In this document: positions 30,242 to 37,944 of the stretch, piece by piece
How the letters are laid out: the number at the start of each line of letters is the position of its first letter
How positions within the stretch are numbered: position 1 is the stretch's first letter
DNA from: a phage
DNA: 64,000 bases
Direction: 5' to 3' (one strand)
Assembly (NCBI GenBank): GCA_012549035.1
Contig: GCA_012549035.1_4805.1
Notes under the pieces: generated by a model
Seen by the model: the letters and a program-made list of their open reading frames with translations, nothing else
What the model was told of the DNA's origin: nothing
Databases searched by the model: none
Translations under genes and position numbers: made by a program

Positions 30242-30622
30242 ATGTCAAATAAGAATGATTCTATTCACAATACATATACTAAAGGCAGCGGCACTGCTTT
30301 TGGTTCAAGTATCAAACTTGACGCTCCATCTTGCGATTCTGATGGATTGGAAGTCGGCAACCGCGACTTAACATGGGTTTTACGTCGCCAATCCGATTTA
30401 GAAGAGAAGCTGGAAAATATTGAGCGTTCTCTCGAAAGTTTGCGCGACCAGCTTTTTGGCTGTTCTGGAGATGAGTCAAAACCTGGACCATATGCAGCCA
30501 ATCGTGGTTTGATTGATAATATGCTTGCTATTACCGCTCGATCAATTGGTAAGACTGTGTCCATTGAATCATTGATCAGCCAGATTGCGGATGGCTTTGG
30601 TGATGCCCATAAGAGTGAATAG
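30242..30622 (+). CDS. Hypothetical protein
   Basis: Likely start at MSNKND within track ORF 30227..30622. Confidence 0.5.
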   Translation: MSNKNDSIHNTYTKGSGTAFGSSIKLDAPSCDSDGLEVGNRDLTWVLRRQSDLEEKLENIERSLESLRDQLFGCSGDESKPGPYAANRGLIDNMLAITARSIGKTVSIESLISQIADGFGDAHKSE

Positions 30623-30651
30623 TGGGTGTTGCTGATTTAACCGTGAATCGT

Positions 30652-30677
30652 GGGTCGCTGTTGCGGCCCTTTCTTTT
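30652..30677 (+). terminator. Intrinsic terminator closing plus-strand cassette
   Basis: Stem gggtcgc/gcggccc (one G-U), loop tgtt, tail tttctttt. Confidence 0.55.
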
Positions 30678-30893
30678 GCCTGCCGCGCAGGAGTGTACTG
30701 CAAAATTCCTGTGGGTACAAAATAGTACGGTACTGTCTAGGGCTTTTTCTTTGAAAAGTTAGTGGACCAAATGTGTCGTATTTTGATTAGTGTACCGCAA
30801 ATTTCATCAAGTACCAAAACGCACCAAAAGACCCATGCCATAAAAACCACACGAACGCAATAATCAATCGCCGTTACAGTTTCCAGCGTTACA

Positions 30894-30956
30894 ATTCGAA
30901 AGCGAATGATTCGACGCATAATAATATGAAGCACAATGATTCGAAAGCGAATGATT
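30894..30956. repeat. Direct repeat TTCGAAAGCGAATGATT x2 (46-bp spacing) in untranslated gap
   Basis: Identical 17-mers at 30894-30910 and 30940-30956; each contains cgaat-N-attcg inverted motif. Confidence 0.6.
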
Positions 30957-31274
30957 GTGTGTAGGATAATATCGGTGGGGATTATTCGAGATGCATGTAA
31001 TTTCGCATGCGTACTATTTTCGGGCGAAGGGTCGGCATATTCCTCGTTTTAGTTCGGAACGAAGGGAAAGTTTTGCGCCTTTATAAAACAACGACTTACG
31101 CGACCCGCCCTAACGGTCCGATATAGGTGTCTATATAAAACAAGGACTTACTCGATGTTCTCCATTTAACGTAATACCTGTTATGCGAACTAAGGCGCAT
31201 CTCGATGAAGATTATGCGACGAAGAAGGGAAGGATAAAGGAGTTTTTTGCGGAGAAGCGCATCGAGATAGGGAC

Positions 31275-31300
31275 GAAGAAAAGCCGCGACTAAGCGCGGC
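31275..31300 (-). terminator. Intrinsic terminator closing minus-strand island operon
   Basis: On minus strand GCCGCG-CTTAGT-CGCGGC followed by TTTTCTTC. Confidence 0.5.
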
Positions 31301-31326
31301 CTATTAGTAACGGTGGGTGATTATAA

Positions 31327-31536
31327 TTAAAGGAATAATCCGGCGCGTTTAATTTGCCCAAGGACGTTATCGCGACGGCGACGCATAACCGCGTATTTAA
31401 CTTCTTCTTCGTATCCCCAGCCGCCGATGGATAACATCGCGTTCATATTATCGCATAATTCCTTAAGCTCGCGAAACATATCGATTACGGCGGTGCGATG
31501 GGCGCGCGCGTTAAGAGAGTTATTCATATTAGTCAT
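31327..31536 (-). CDS. Hypothetical protein (CpG-rich island)
   Basis: 69-aa ORF with AAGGAG SD; CpG-rich codon usage unlike flanking genes. Confidence 0.5.
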   Translation of the reverse strand: MTNMNNSLNARAHRTAVIDMFRELKELCDNMNAMLSIGGWGYEEEVKYAVMRRRRDNVLGQIKRAGLFL

Positions 31537-31546
31537 TTTCTTCTCC

Positions 31547-31837
31547 TTAAAGGCTTACGATTTTAAAGTAAGTTACTTCGCCGCCGAGTTGCGGTACAGC
31601 GATATATTCGCCGCCGATTTCGGTGATCGTATAAACGAATCCGTTAATCGTTACGCGGTAGGATACGATGTCCTCGTCGCGATACTTGTAAAGGTCGAGG
31701 AAGTTGATCGGCTCATAAATAGACTCGATAATCGCGTCGACGTTAGAGAGATAAACGCTCTCTAAGGTTTCGCCAAATACGTTAGAGTTTTCGGAAGTTT
31801 CGACGCGAGCGGCGCGGATAGCGGATAAAGTAATCAT
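31547..31837 (-). CDS. Hypothetical protein (island; paralog of 31944..32246)
   Basis: 96 aa; AGGAGA SD; preceded by conserved promoter/5'UTR cassette A. Confidence 0.55.
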   Translation of the reverse strand: MITLSAIRAARVETSENSNVFGETLESVYLSNVDAIIESIYEPINFLDLYKYRDEDIVSYRVTINGFVYTITEIGGEYIAVPQLGGEVTYFKIVSL

Positions 31838-31940
31838 AATATTCTCCTAGTTAGTCGGGAGGGTAGCGACCTATTCGCTACCTCATCCCCTCTCGATATA
31901 AAACATTATAGCCTTAGTGTACGAATAAGTAAAGCACTTT
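31838..31940 (-). promoter_or_regulatory. Promoter + 5'UTR cassette A (sigma70-like -35 TTTACT / -10 TATAAT, UTR hairpin)
   Basis: Minus-strand TTTACTTATTCGTACACTAAGGCTATAATGTTTTATATCGAG; UTR hairpin ggtagcg...cgctacc; homologous to cassettes B and C. Confidence 0.5.
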
Positions 31941-31943
31941 TCG

Positions 31944-32246
31944 TTATTTTGCGATAAAATATTTGTAAGCCTTATCGCCTTCTACGTCGATATACTCGAC
32001 GATAATTAATGCTTCGCCGCGCGGCGTAACCGTCTCGATAAGGGTAACGGCTTCGTCGTCGGTCTTCGCGAAGCGGATGGCGCTACGTTCGGCGTACTTG
32101 ATATCGTCGAAGGAAAGACCGACGAAGGCGACCGCGCGGACCTTAATGGCGCTAGATTCTAGTTCGGCGTTAACGGCGGCGATAAGAGAGCGAACGGTTA
32201 AACGGTCTTCGTCGTAAGTAAGGATGGAAGAGATTAAAGTGGTCAT
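31944..32246 (-). CDS. Hypothetical protein (island; paralog of 31547..31837)
   Basis: Start at MTTLISS (ATG 32246) after GGGAG SD; about 100 aa; track N-terminal extension lies in promoter cassette. Confidence 0.5.
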   Translation of the reverse strand: MTTLISSILTYDEDRLTVRSLIAAVNAELESSAIKVRAVAFVGLSFDDIKYAERSAIRFAKTDDEAVTLIETVTPRGEALIIVEYIDVEGDKAYKYFIAK

Positions 32247-32336
32247 AATAAAACTCCCGATGCTAGTGGAAGGAAGGGCCATCGCCCGTCTCGATATAAA
32301 CAAGTATACGTGAGTGTACGAAGAAGTAAAGAAAAA
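32247..32336 (-). promoter_or_regulatory. Promoter + 5'UTR cassette B
   Basis: Minus-strand TTTACTTCTTCGTACACTCACGTATACTTGTTTATATCGAG; same architecture as cassette A. Confidence 0.5.
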
Positions 32337-32371
32337 GATAAATAATTTATCTCATTTTTATCGAAAAAGTG

Positions 32372-32469
32372 CTTTACTTTTTTCTACACTATATTATAAT
32401 GTACTCATATCGGGACGGGATGAGTTGACGAATAGGTCGTTAACACTGCTCCCAAACTAGGAGTTTATT
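32372..32469 (+). promoter_or_regulatory. Promoter + 5'UTR cassette C (inverted copy of cassette A)
   Basis: Plus-strand TTTACTTTTTCTACACTATATTATAATGTACTCATATCGGG then GGGATGAGTTGACGAATAGGTCG...ACTAGGAG; divergent from cassette B. Confidence 0.5.
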
Positions 32470-33108
32470 ATGGCCAGTTTGAATCGTTTCTCCACCAGCG
32501 GCGACGTAATCGCAACCAAGACAGCCGACCTCGTTGCATTCTATAACGAAAATTCAGGCTCAAAGCCGATTAAAAAATTCGCGGACCGCCGGACCGCCGA
32601 GACTCGCGTAATCGCGTTAATCGAGTCCTTAAACGCGCTCGATGAGCCGTCCAACGAATCGCCCATCCCAGACGTGAAGGCGCGTGAGGAAGTGTCCAGC
32701 GATGTAAAAACGCATAAGGCGCGTGCGGTCGTTAAAAAGGCTGAGCCGACCCAGGAAGAACTCGACGCGATGAGTGATGAAGAGTATGAAGCCTTCGTTA
32801 AGAGCAGCCTTAATAGCGCTCCGGTTGGCGCTCCGGTTGGCGCGGATAAAATTGCCAGCCCTTCCCATCGCCGTTCGAATAGCGAAGGTATTGCAAAAAG
32901 TTGGGATAACAAGGAAGTGGCGCAAAAGCGTCTCACCCGTAACGGCGTTATGGTCGAGGGTGTAGGCGAGTTCAAATCGGTCCGCGTAGCGTTCGCCGCG
33001 CTGGGATTACCGGATAGCAAGCACATTCGCTTCCGCATGAAGCTTAAAGAAGCTGGACGCTTGAACTTCGAGTTCGGCAACAAGTCCTACACCTTCCAGA
33101 TTATCTAA
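32470..33108 (+). CDS. Hypothetical protein (island)
   Basis: 212-aa ORF, CpG-rich codons; driven by cassette C. Confidence 0.55.
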   Translation: MASLNRFSTSGDVIATKTADLVAFYNENSGSKPIKKFADRRTAETRVIALIESLNALDEPSNESPIPDVKAREEVSSDVKTHKARAVVKKAEPTQEELDAMSDEEYEAFVKSSLNSAPVGAPVGADKIASPSHRRSNSEGIAKSWDNKEVAQKRLTRNGVMVEGVGEFKSVRVAFAALGLPDSKHIRFRMKLKEAGRLNFEFGNKSYTFQII

Positions 33109-33115
33109 TCGAATG

Positions 33116-33137
33116 GCGGCCCTTCGGGGTCGCTTTT
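33116..33137 (+). terminator. Intrinsic terminator (UUCG tetraloop hairpin + T-run)
   Basis: gcggccc-ttcg-gggtcgc followed by tttt. Confidence 0.55.
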
Positions 33138-33158
33138 CATAGTGCAAATTGGTGGCTT

Positions 33159-33422
33159 ATGAATACGCTTATTCTCATCGCTACGTTGTCCATCGGAAGT
33201 GGTCGCACCTTATCCCTTTATGATCATAGTGCAAATTGCGCTTACCCAACGCGCGTTGCGGCGATAGTTAATAGTGCAAATCGAATGCTATTCGAGACTT
33301 GTTGGCGGGTCGATAACGAGAAAGGGCGCATCGTCTTAGGTTATAGTGCAAATCTGCTGGTGGAGTCGTTCGACTGGACGGCGGAAGGTCGTAAATTGTT
33401 ACGTAAAGTGACTAAAAGATGA
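33159..33422 (+). CDS. Questionable small ORF encoding SAN tripeptide repeats
   Basis: 87-aa ORF; GGTGG SD; three in-frame motif copies give H/N/Y-S-A-N; nucleotide-level conservation suggests the DNA motif is the selected feature. Confidence 0.25.
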   Translation: MNTLILIATLSIGSGRTLSLYDHSANCAYPTRVAAIVNSANRMLFETCWRVDNEKGRIVLGYSANLLVESFDWTAEGRKLLRKVTKR

Positions 33423-33536
33423 CTTATAATAATACACTTTCTAACGCGTTTATGGCTGCAGCCTTCCCCGTCGTATTACCGATGGCCCTAGAAGTGGAGA
33501 AAATGTGTTCTAGGGCCGTTTTATAGTGCAAATTGG

Positions 33537-34010
33537 CTAGTGGCGGGAGAATTGCTCACCCTCTTTGGCCGCCTCTCCAAAATCCTTGTAGAAATCGTCC
33601 ATGGAACGGCCCATTTTACTATTGCCATTCTCATCAATCATCGTGATGCCGTAGATGATATTCAGTTCACGAATGGCATTAAGCTTGGCTGATGCCGCGA
33701 CTTCTGGATCACGCACAAGCTTCACTAAATTGTGAATGGAACTCTTTACACTCCACAATTCCTTCAATGGCATCTCTTCCATACGCTTTTTGTAGCGCAT
33801 CTTGTAGTACGGATTGCGTTGCGTGCAGAGGATTCGCTGGCCAGTGTAGTTATCGGTCGCAACCTCCATGCCAAATACTAGTGCAAAAGCTGCGCGCATG
33901 TCATGGCCCTGAATAACAAGGTCAATGAACTCATCGAATAATGCCTGATTATGCTCTGCAAATCGCGGGTCTTCAAAGTCTTCAGGCATTGCTACATAAT
34001 CTTGACTCAT
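33537..34010 (-). CDS. terS: Terminase small subunit-like protein (putative)
   Basis: About 157 aa from ATG 34010 (MSQDYVAMPEDFEDPRFAEHNQALFDEFIDLV...); N-terminal HTH-like segment and ..AKLNAIRELN.. recall Terminase_2-type small subunits by memory; track N-terminal extension rejected. Confidence 0.45.
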   Translation of the reverse strand: MSQDYVAMPEDFEDPRFAEHNQALFDEFIDLVIQGHDMRAAFALVFGMEVATDNYTGQRILCTQRNPYYKMRYKKRMEEMPLKELWSVKSSIHNLVKLVRDPEVAASAKLNAIRELNIIYGITMIDENGNSKMGRSMDDFYKDFGEAAKEGEQFSRH

Positions 34011-34062
34011 AGTGCAAATCCCATAGTGCAAATTAATAGTGTGAATTATACAATGATTGAAC

Positions 34063-34091
34063 ATTATATTCAAGTGCAGATTGATGTTCAA
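34063..34091 (-). promoter_or_regulatory. Sigma70-like promoter for terS-like gene
   Basis: Minus-strand TTGAAC, 17-nt spacer, TATAAT; 5'UTR carries the tandem ATTTGCACTAT motifs. Confidence 0.45.
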
Positions 34092-34237
34092 ATTGGCTGT
34101 AAACGTACATAAATCATAGTGCTGAATGAATATCGGACCGTGGTGCGTGGTGTACTGTTTGATACGTATAAAAGAAATCCATCCCTTTCGCCGCTTGTTA
34201 TGCAAATCAATGACTTAGCCGCTGCTGGCTGGTTGAA

Positions 34238-34513
34238 GCGTATCATGACGTATCATCCGTATTGCCGCAAGTCTTTGTTTTTACTTATATCTTACGGATA
34301 ATACGTTAAATATATAAATTAACATAAGTATGAGGATGTAGAAAAAAATTAATTTAAATTAATTCAAAATGGAGTTAATTAATTTTTGAAATAATTCTGG
34401 TTACAATAAGGAAAAATGGCGTATCATCCGTATCATCCGTAAGATTCAGTGTACAAATCCAGGCGCGGCGCACCCTAGCGCCATGATACGGATAAAAACC
34501 TATCCGTAAGAGT
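34238..34513. repeat. Iteron cluster R2 (GATACGGAT / ATCCGTATC 9-bp units) flanking AT-rich tract
   Basis: GTATCATGACGTATCATCCGTAT, TTACGGATAATACG, 29-bp GCGTATCATCCGTATCATCCGTAAGATTC (34419-34447), inverted pair TACGGATA-N6-TATCCGTA; AT-rich block 34305-34410. Confidence 0.6.
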
Positions 34514-34741
34514 GTACGCTTCAAGCAAAGAATCCAGGCGCGGCGCGGCTTTCGCCACCACACACCACGGTTCACTCTCCAAAATCCGCACACTAAATTC
34601 CAAAATCCAATGCTCATACTCCAAAAATAAATCAAAATTTCCATTTTATTTATTATTTTCATCCACAATATCCTAAATTCTATCCGTATCAACCATGCCT
34701 CAACCCACCACTATTCACGCCACTCACTTCAAAATTTCCAT

Positions 34742-34772
34742 CGAAAACAACAAAAGGTCGCATAAAGCGACC
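34742..34772 (-). terminator. Intrinsic terminator ending minus-strand early operon
   Basis: Minus-strand GGTCGC-TTTAT-GCGACC followed by TTTTGTTGTTTTCG. Confidence 0.55.
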
Positions 34773-34824
34773 CATTGCACACATTCCATTATTCAAAACA
34801 CGTAAACGAGTGTTCTTTTATCCA

Positions 34825-35364
34825 CTATAATTTAGGCATCAATCCCTTTTCCGTTCTCCTTTTTATCTCGTCTTCTATCATTTTATTGGTTACTCTATAC
34901 CCAATCCTCTCCAATTCCAGCAATACTTCCTTTTGGTATTTTCTTATTTTTACGATGTCGACCGTATCCCTCCAATAAGATAATACCTTCTTAATGACTG
35001 ACTTTTCCATTTTATATCTGGCTGTCGTCATATATTTCATTTTGAAAATAGAGTTGATGGCATCCGTCTTTAACCATTCCTTTCTTAATTCAGGATGATC
35101 ATCCCAAAGAGCAATGGCGAACTCCTGCGGACTTTTGCACCTGCTTTGAAGCTCCTTTATGTAGTCGACCGTTTTCACTTTTCTATCTAAACGCTCGCGG
35201 CAAACGGTGCACTCTTCCTTGAGCAACCAATCGGCCTTCTTGTCAATTTGCAAAGTTGAATTACCATCCCTTTTATACCTGCCGCAAATGCTTATGCCTT
35301 CATCTTTTAAGAAGTAATGCAACTCTTTAGAGTATTTCGCTTTACGCCAAAAGCCTCCCATCAC
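34825..35364 (-). CDS. Hypothetical protein
   Basis: 179-aa ORF, Cys-containing basic protein. Confidence 0.5.
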   Translation of the reverse strand: MMGGFWRKAKYSKELHYFLKDEGISICGRYKRDGNSTLQIDKKADWLLKEECTVCRERLDRKVKTVDYIKELQSRCKSPQEFAIALWDDHPELRKEWLKTDAINSIFKMKYMTTARYKMEKSVIKKVLSYWRDTVDIVKIRKYQKEVLLELERIGYRVTNKMIEDEIKRRTEKGLMPKL

Positions 35365-35783
35365 CCCTCCTTAACGACCCGATAAGCAACAATCTTTGCG
35401 CCAGTCGGGCTTGCCACTGCACCCCAGTTCAAATTATCCGAAGGGACGGCCTCTTTTGATTTATAACCGTTGAGTAATTCAAACATGACCATCTTCCCAG
35501 GCACCGGATTATCGCCACCAAACCACACGGTCCACGCTTCTTCCTTTTGTGCGACAGTCTTCTTGCTTTGTTCGATGATGTCACTAAAATTCTTCACTAC
35601 CAGCTCAGCGGCTTTGATGCACTCGTGGTATTGTTCAATCTCTTTTGTTAGAGAATCATTAAGCTTGAGTAGTGATTCATAGTCCTCATATGCAACAAAA
35701 CGTCCTTCGTGACTTTCTGGAACAGGAGTGATGTCGAAATCTTCTGTCGCCACATCGTATGTCAGATCATAACGTTGTATCAT
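35361..35783 (-). CDS. Hypothetical protein sharing C-terminal domain with 36934..37434
   Basis: C-terminal WTVWFGGDNPVPGK...AYRVVKEG parallels WIEWAGGENPVPGK...AYRVVEE. Confidence 0.5.
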   Translation of the reverse strand: MIQRYDLTYDVATEDFDITPVPESHEGRFVAYEDYESLLKLNDSLTKEIEQYHECIKAAELVVKNFSDIIEQSKKTVAQKEEAWTVWFGGDNPVPGKMVMFELLNGYKSKEAVPSDNLNWGAVASPTGAKIVAYRVVKEG

Positions 35784-36267
35784 TTAACTTCTCCAAAATT
35801 TCAATAGCGATTTGCGTTTGCTTCTCAAGAGCGATACGCAACATGTCAATTTGCAAGTCACGGTGAGCCAGTTCAGCGGCGATGTCCGACTTGCTGTAAA
35901 GTCCTTCGTGAGTCATGGCATAAATGTGGCGCGTATAATAGCCGCCCTCGTCGAGTTGCTCGATGTCACGTTGCCCGACTGCGTATTGTTTATCGGTTGA
36001 TGGCGCTTGGATTTTGATTGATTCGACTTCTTGAAGAGAATAAATTGATGCTGGTCGGTTCTCTTCAAACGTCTTTACTTGGTCAATGCGCTGACACCAA
36101 GATGATTCACCGATTTCAAATCCCCACTGTCCGTGTGTGCTTACCCATGAAGGTTTCTTCTCATACACCCAAATGCTGCCATTAGAATCGCGCGCAACGA
36201 ATCGTGCACGAGCGTCTATTTCGTATTCTTTACCTTCGAACTTGATGCGCTGTCTATTGTTAGTCAT
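35767..36267 (-). CDS. Hypothetical protein
   Basis: 166-aa ORF. Confidence 0.5.
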   Translation of the reverse strand: MTNNRQRIKFEGKEYEIDARARFVARDSNGSIWVYEKKPSWVSTHGQWGFEIGESSWCQRIDQVKTFEENRPASIYSLQEVESIKIQAPSTDKQYAVGQRDIEQLDEGGYYTRHIYAMTHEGLYSKSDIAAELAHRDLQIDMLRIALEKQTQIAIEILEKLNDTTL

Positions 36268-36596
36268 GATGCATCCTTAGTTGGATAGAATTTAGGGTTG
36301 TTCTTATAGAATGCCTTGAGCCATGCCTTTGCTTCTGCGATGCTGCTGAACTCTTCCTTGGAGAGTCCGGTGCGGTCCTCGCCTGCGACCTTGAAATGGA
36401 TGCGCACCTTGAGCCGAAGGTTGGTTGCTCTCGCGTAGTGGCCTTCATAGCCGTGATGGTCGAGGCTTACGATTGCGGCAAGCAGCTCGCAGTCTTCTTT
36501 ATCGGGATTGCCGCTGTAACAAGTCGGCCAGCCGCGACGTTGGAATGACCTGTATTGGCCTGTTGGCTCAGGGTCCACGTACCATTTCAATTTCAT
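36264..36596 (-). CDS. Hypothetical protein
   Basis: 110-aa ORF, ATGA-type overlap. Confidence 0.5.
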   Translation of the reverse strand: MKLKWYVDPEPTGQYRSFQRRGWPTCYSGNPDKEDCELLAAIVSLDHHGYEGHYARATNLRLKVRIHFKVAGEDRTGLSKEEFSSIAEAKAWLKAFYKNNPKFYPTKDAS

Positions 36597-36934
36597 TTAA
36601 CCTTCTCCAATTGGAATCTTGTTTCTGGAAAGCCTGCGACAAACATGTCACGACCCTCGACATCACGCTTCACGAACCAACGCATGCCGTTGACTACCGT
36701 GAAGACAATTTGCCTTCCATCAATAATAAGTCCTTTTGCCTCATAAAGCAAATAAGTCTGACCGACTTTGAAGCTCAATATGTCCTTGCTTGTGCTGGTG
36801 CACTTGAGCCGCCACTGGGTGAGATTGGATTCACTCGCCTCGATGTCAACAACCTTACCGCGCAGCGGCGATGTGCGTTGAATCTCTTTCATTTGCTCGT
36901 CGAACGTTAGCTCACGGCCTTCTTGCTCTTCCAT
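36593..36934 (-). CDS. Hypothetical protein
   Basis: 113-aa ORF. Confidence 0.5.
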   Translation of the reverse strand: MEEQEGRELTFDEQMKEIQRTSPLRGKVVDIEASESNLTQWRLKCTSTSKDILSFKVGQTYLLYEAKGLIIDGRQIVFTVVNGMRWFVKRDVEGRDMFVAGFPETRFQLEKVK

Positions 36935-37434
36935 TATTCCTCCACGACGCGATAAGCGATGATGTCATCGCCGCTTCCAACGTGCTTCCATCTTACTGAT
37001 TGTGAGCCGTAACACCCGACGGACTTTATCCCGCTTCTCATTTTGTACTTGATAATCTTCCCAGGCACCGGATTCTCGCCTCCAGCCCATTCAATCCAAC
37101 CTTCATGAGACTCTTCGGACTTCTTCAATTGCTCATGCTTCTCACCAATGTGGGCAATTGGTTGGTTGCTGTTGTAAAAGAATCCAAGCGCAACATCGTA
37201 GCACGGATGACTATGAGAAAGACAGATGTCATCACACCAAAGCTCCATGGTGCGCGACTTAAGCGTCATGATATTGGTATACCACTCGATGGTGTAGTGG
37301 TCGTTAAGGTTGCCGACGATGTAGAAGTTGCGACAAAAGTGCGAAGCATCGTCAGACTTCTCGCGGCGATAGCTTTTGATTGCGCCAGCCTTTACAGCCA
37401 TTTCCAGTACTGCTTCGAGTTGTTTGATTTTCAT
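36934..37434 (-). CDS. Hypothetical protein (paralogous C-terminal domain)
   Basis: 166 aa; see 35361..35783. Confidence 0.5.
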   Translation of the reverse strand: MKIKQLEAVLEMAVKAGAIKSYRREKSDDASHFCRNFYIVGNLNDHYTIEWYTNIMTLKSRTMELWCDDICLSHSHPCYDVALGFFYNSNQPIAHIGEKHEQLKKSEESHEGWIEWAGGENPVPGKIIKYKMRSGIKSVGCYGSQSVRWKHVGSGDDIIAYRVVEE

Positions 37435-37667
37435 TTCTTTACTCCGAGTTCAATTTGATAGCCGATTGACAATTCATTTTCGCCGATGGTAAATGCATCG
37501 ACGGGCTGCGACATCACCGCTTTTAAATATACCTTCTTGCGCCGCTTCGCCTTGTACAAGCAACGGTCGCCGCTGCGGTTGTAAATATTAAGCCAGGTGC
37601 GCTTACTAATCTTATACGGCACATGCGGCTTGATGAATAATAAACGGGCCTTAAGATTTGATGTCAT
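37431..37667 (-). CDS. Hypothetical basic protein
   Basis: 78-aa ORF. Confidence 0.45.
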   Translation of the reverse strand: MTSNLKARLLFIKPHVPYKISKRTWLNIYNRSGDRCLYKAKRRKKVYLKAVMSQPVDAFTIGENELSIGYQIELGVKK

Positions 37668-37944
37668 AATATTTACCTCCAGCCATATTCTCTTTAATTT
37701 CTTTTAATGCTGCACGACCTGCTTTTGTCATCACCACGGATGAATAGCGCGTCGTGTCTTTCTCACCTGGCATTGCCCAATCAACAAGGCCCAGGCGGAA
37801 TAAGACAGGGATTGATGGCGCATTGATGTCGTGAAATAGTGATGGCCGCTTTTCATAAGCCTTCTTGCGGTCGCCGCGCAGCATGTATGGCGTTCCGTCT
37901 TCCATCCGGTACAATGTTTGAATTTGCGCTAGGCTTAGTCTCAT
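37651..37944 (-). CDS. Hypothetical protein
   Basis: ATG at 37944 (MRLSLAQ) after GGAGAAG SD. Confidence 0.5.
   Translation of the reverse strand: MRLSLAQIQTLYRMEDGTPYMLRGDRKKAYEKRPSLFHDINAPSIPVLFRLGLVDWAMPGEKDTTRYSSVVMTKAGRAALKEIKENMAGGKYYDIKS

Larger units (their letters stand above)
33138..34127. repeat. Array of ATAGTGCAAAT motifs (at least 8 same-orientation copies), candidate pac / TerS-binding elements
   Basis: Copies near 33139, 33226, 33271, 33343, 33526, 34011, 34022, plus degenerate 34033 and 34117; three tandem at 11-bp pitch abut the ATG of 33537..34010. Confidence 0.6.

Noticed and set aside
30678-31274. Possible tRNA genes in the long untranslated gap
   Set aside because: No GGTTCGAATCC-type T-loop or cloverleaf pairing found by eye; would need tRNAscan-SE to exclude fully.
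32541-33083. Minus-strand 180-aa ORF
   Set aside because: Antisense to island gene 32470..33108; Ser/Leu/Arg-rich.
34375-34692. Minus-strand 105-aa ORF in region R2
   Set aside because: Falls in the iteron/AT-rich non-coding region; Trp/Arg-rich product; no RBS.
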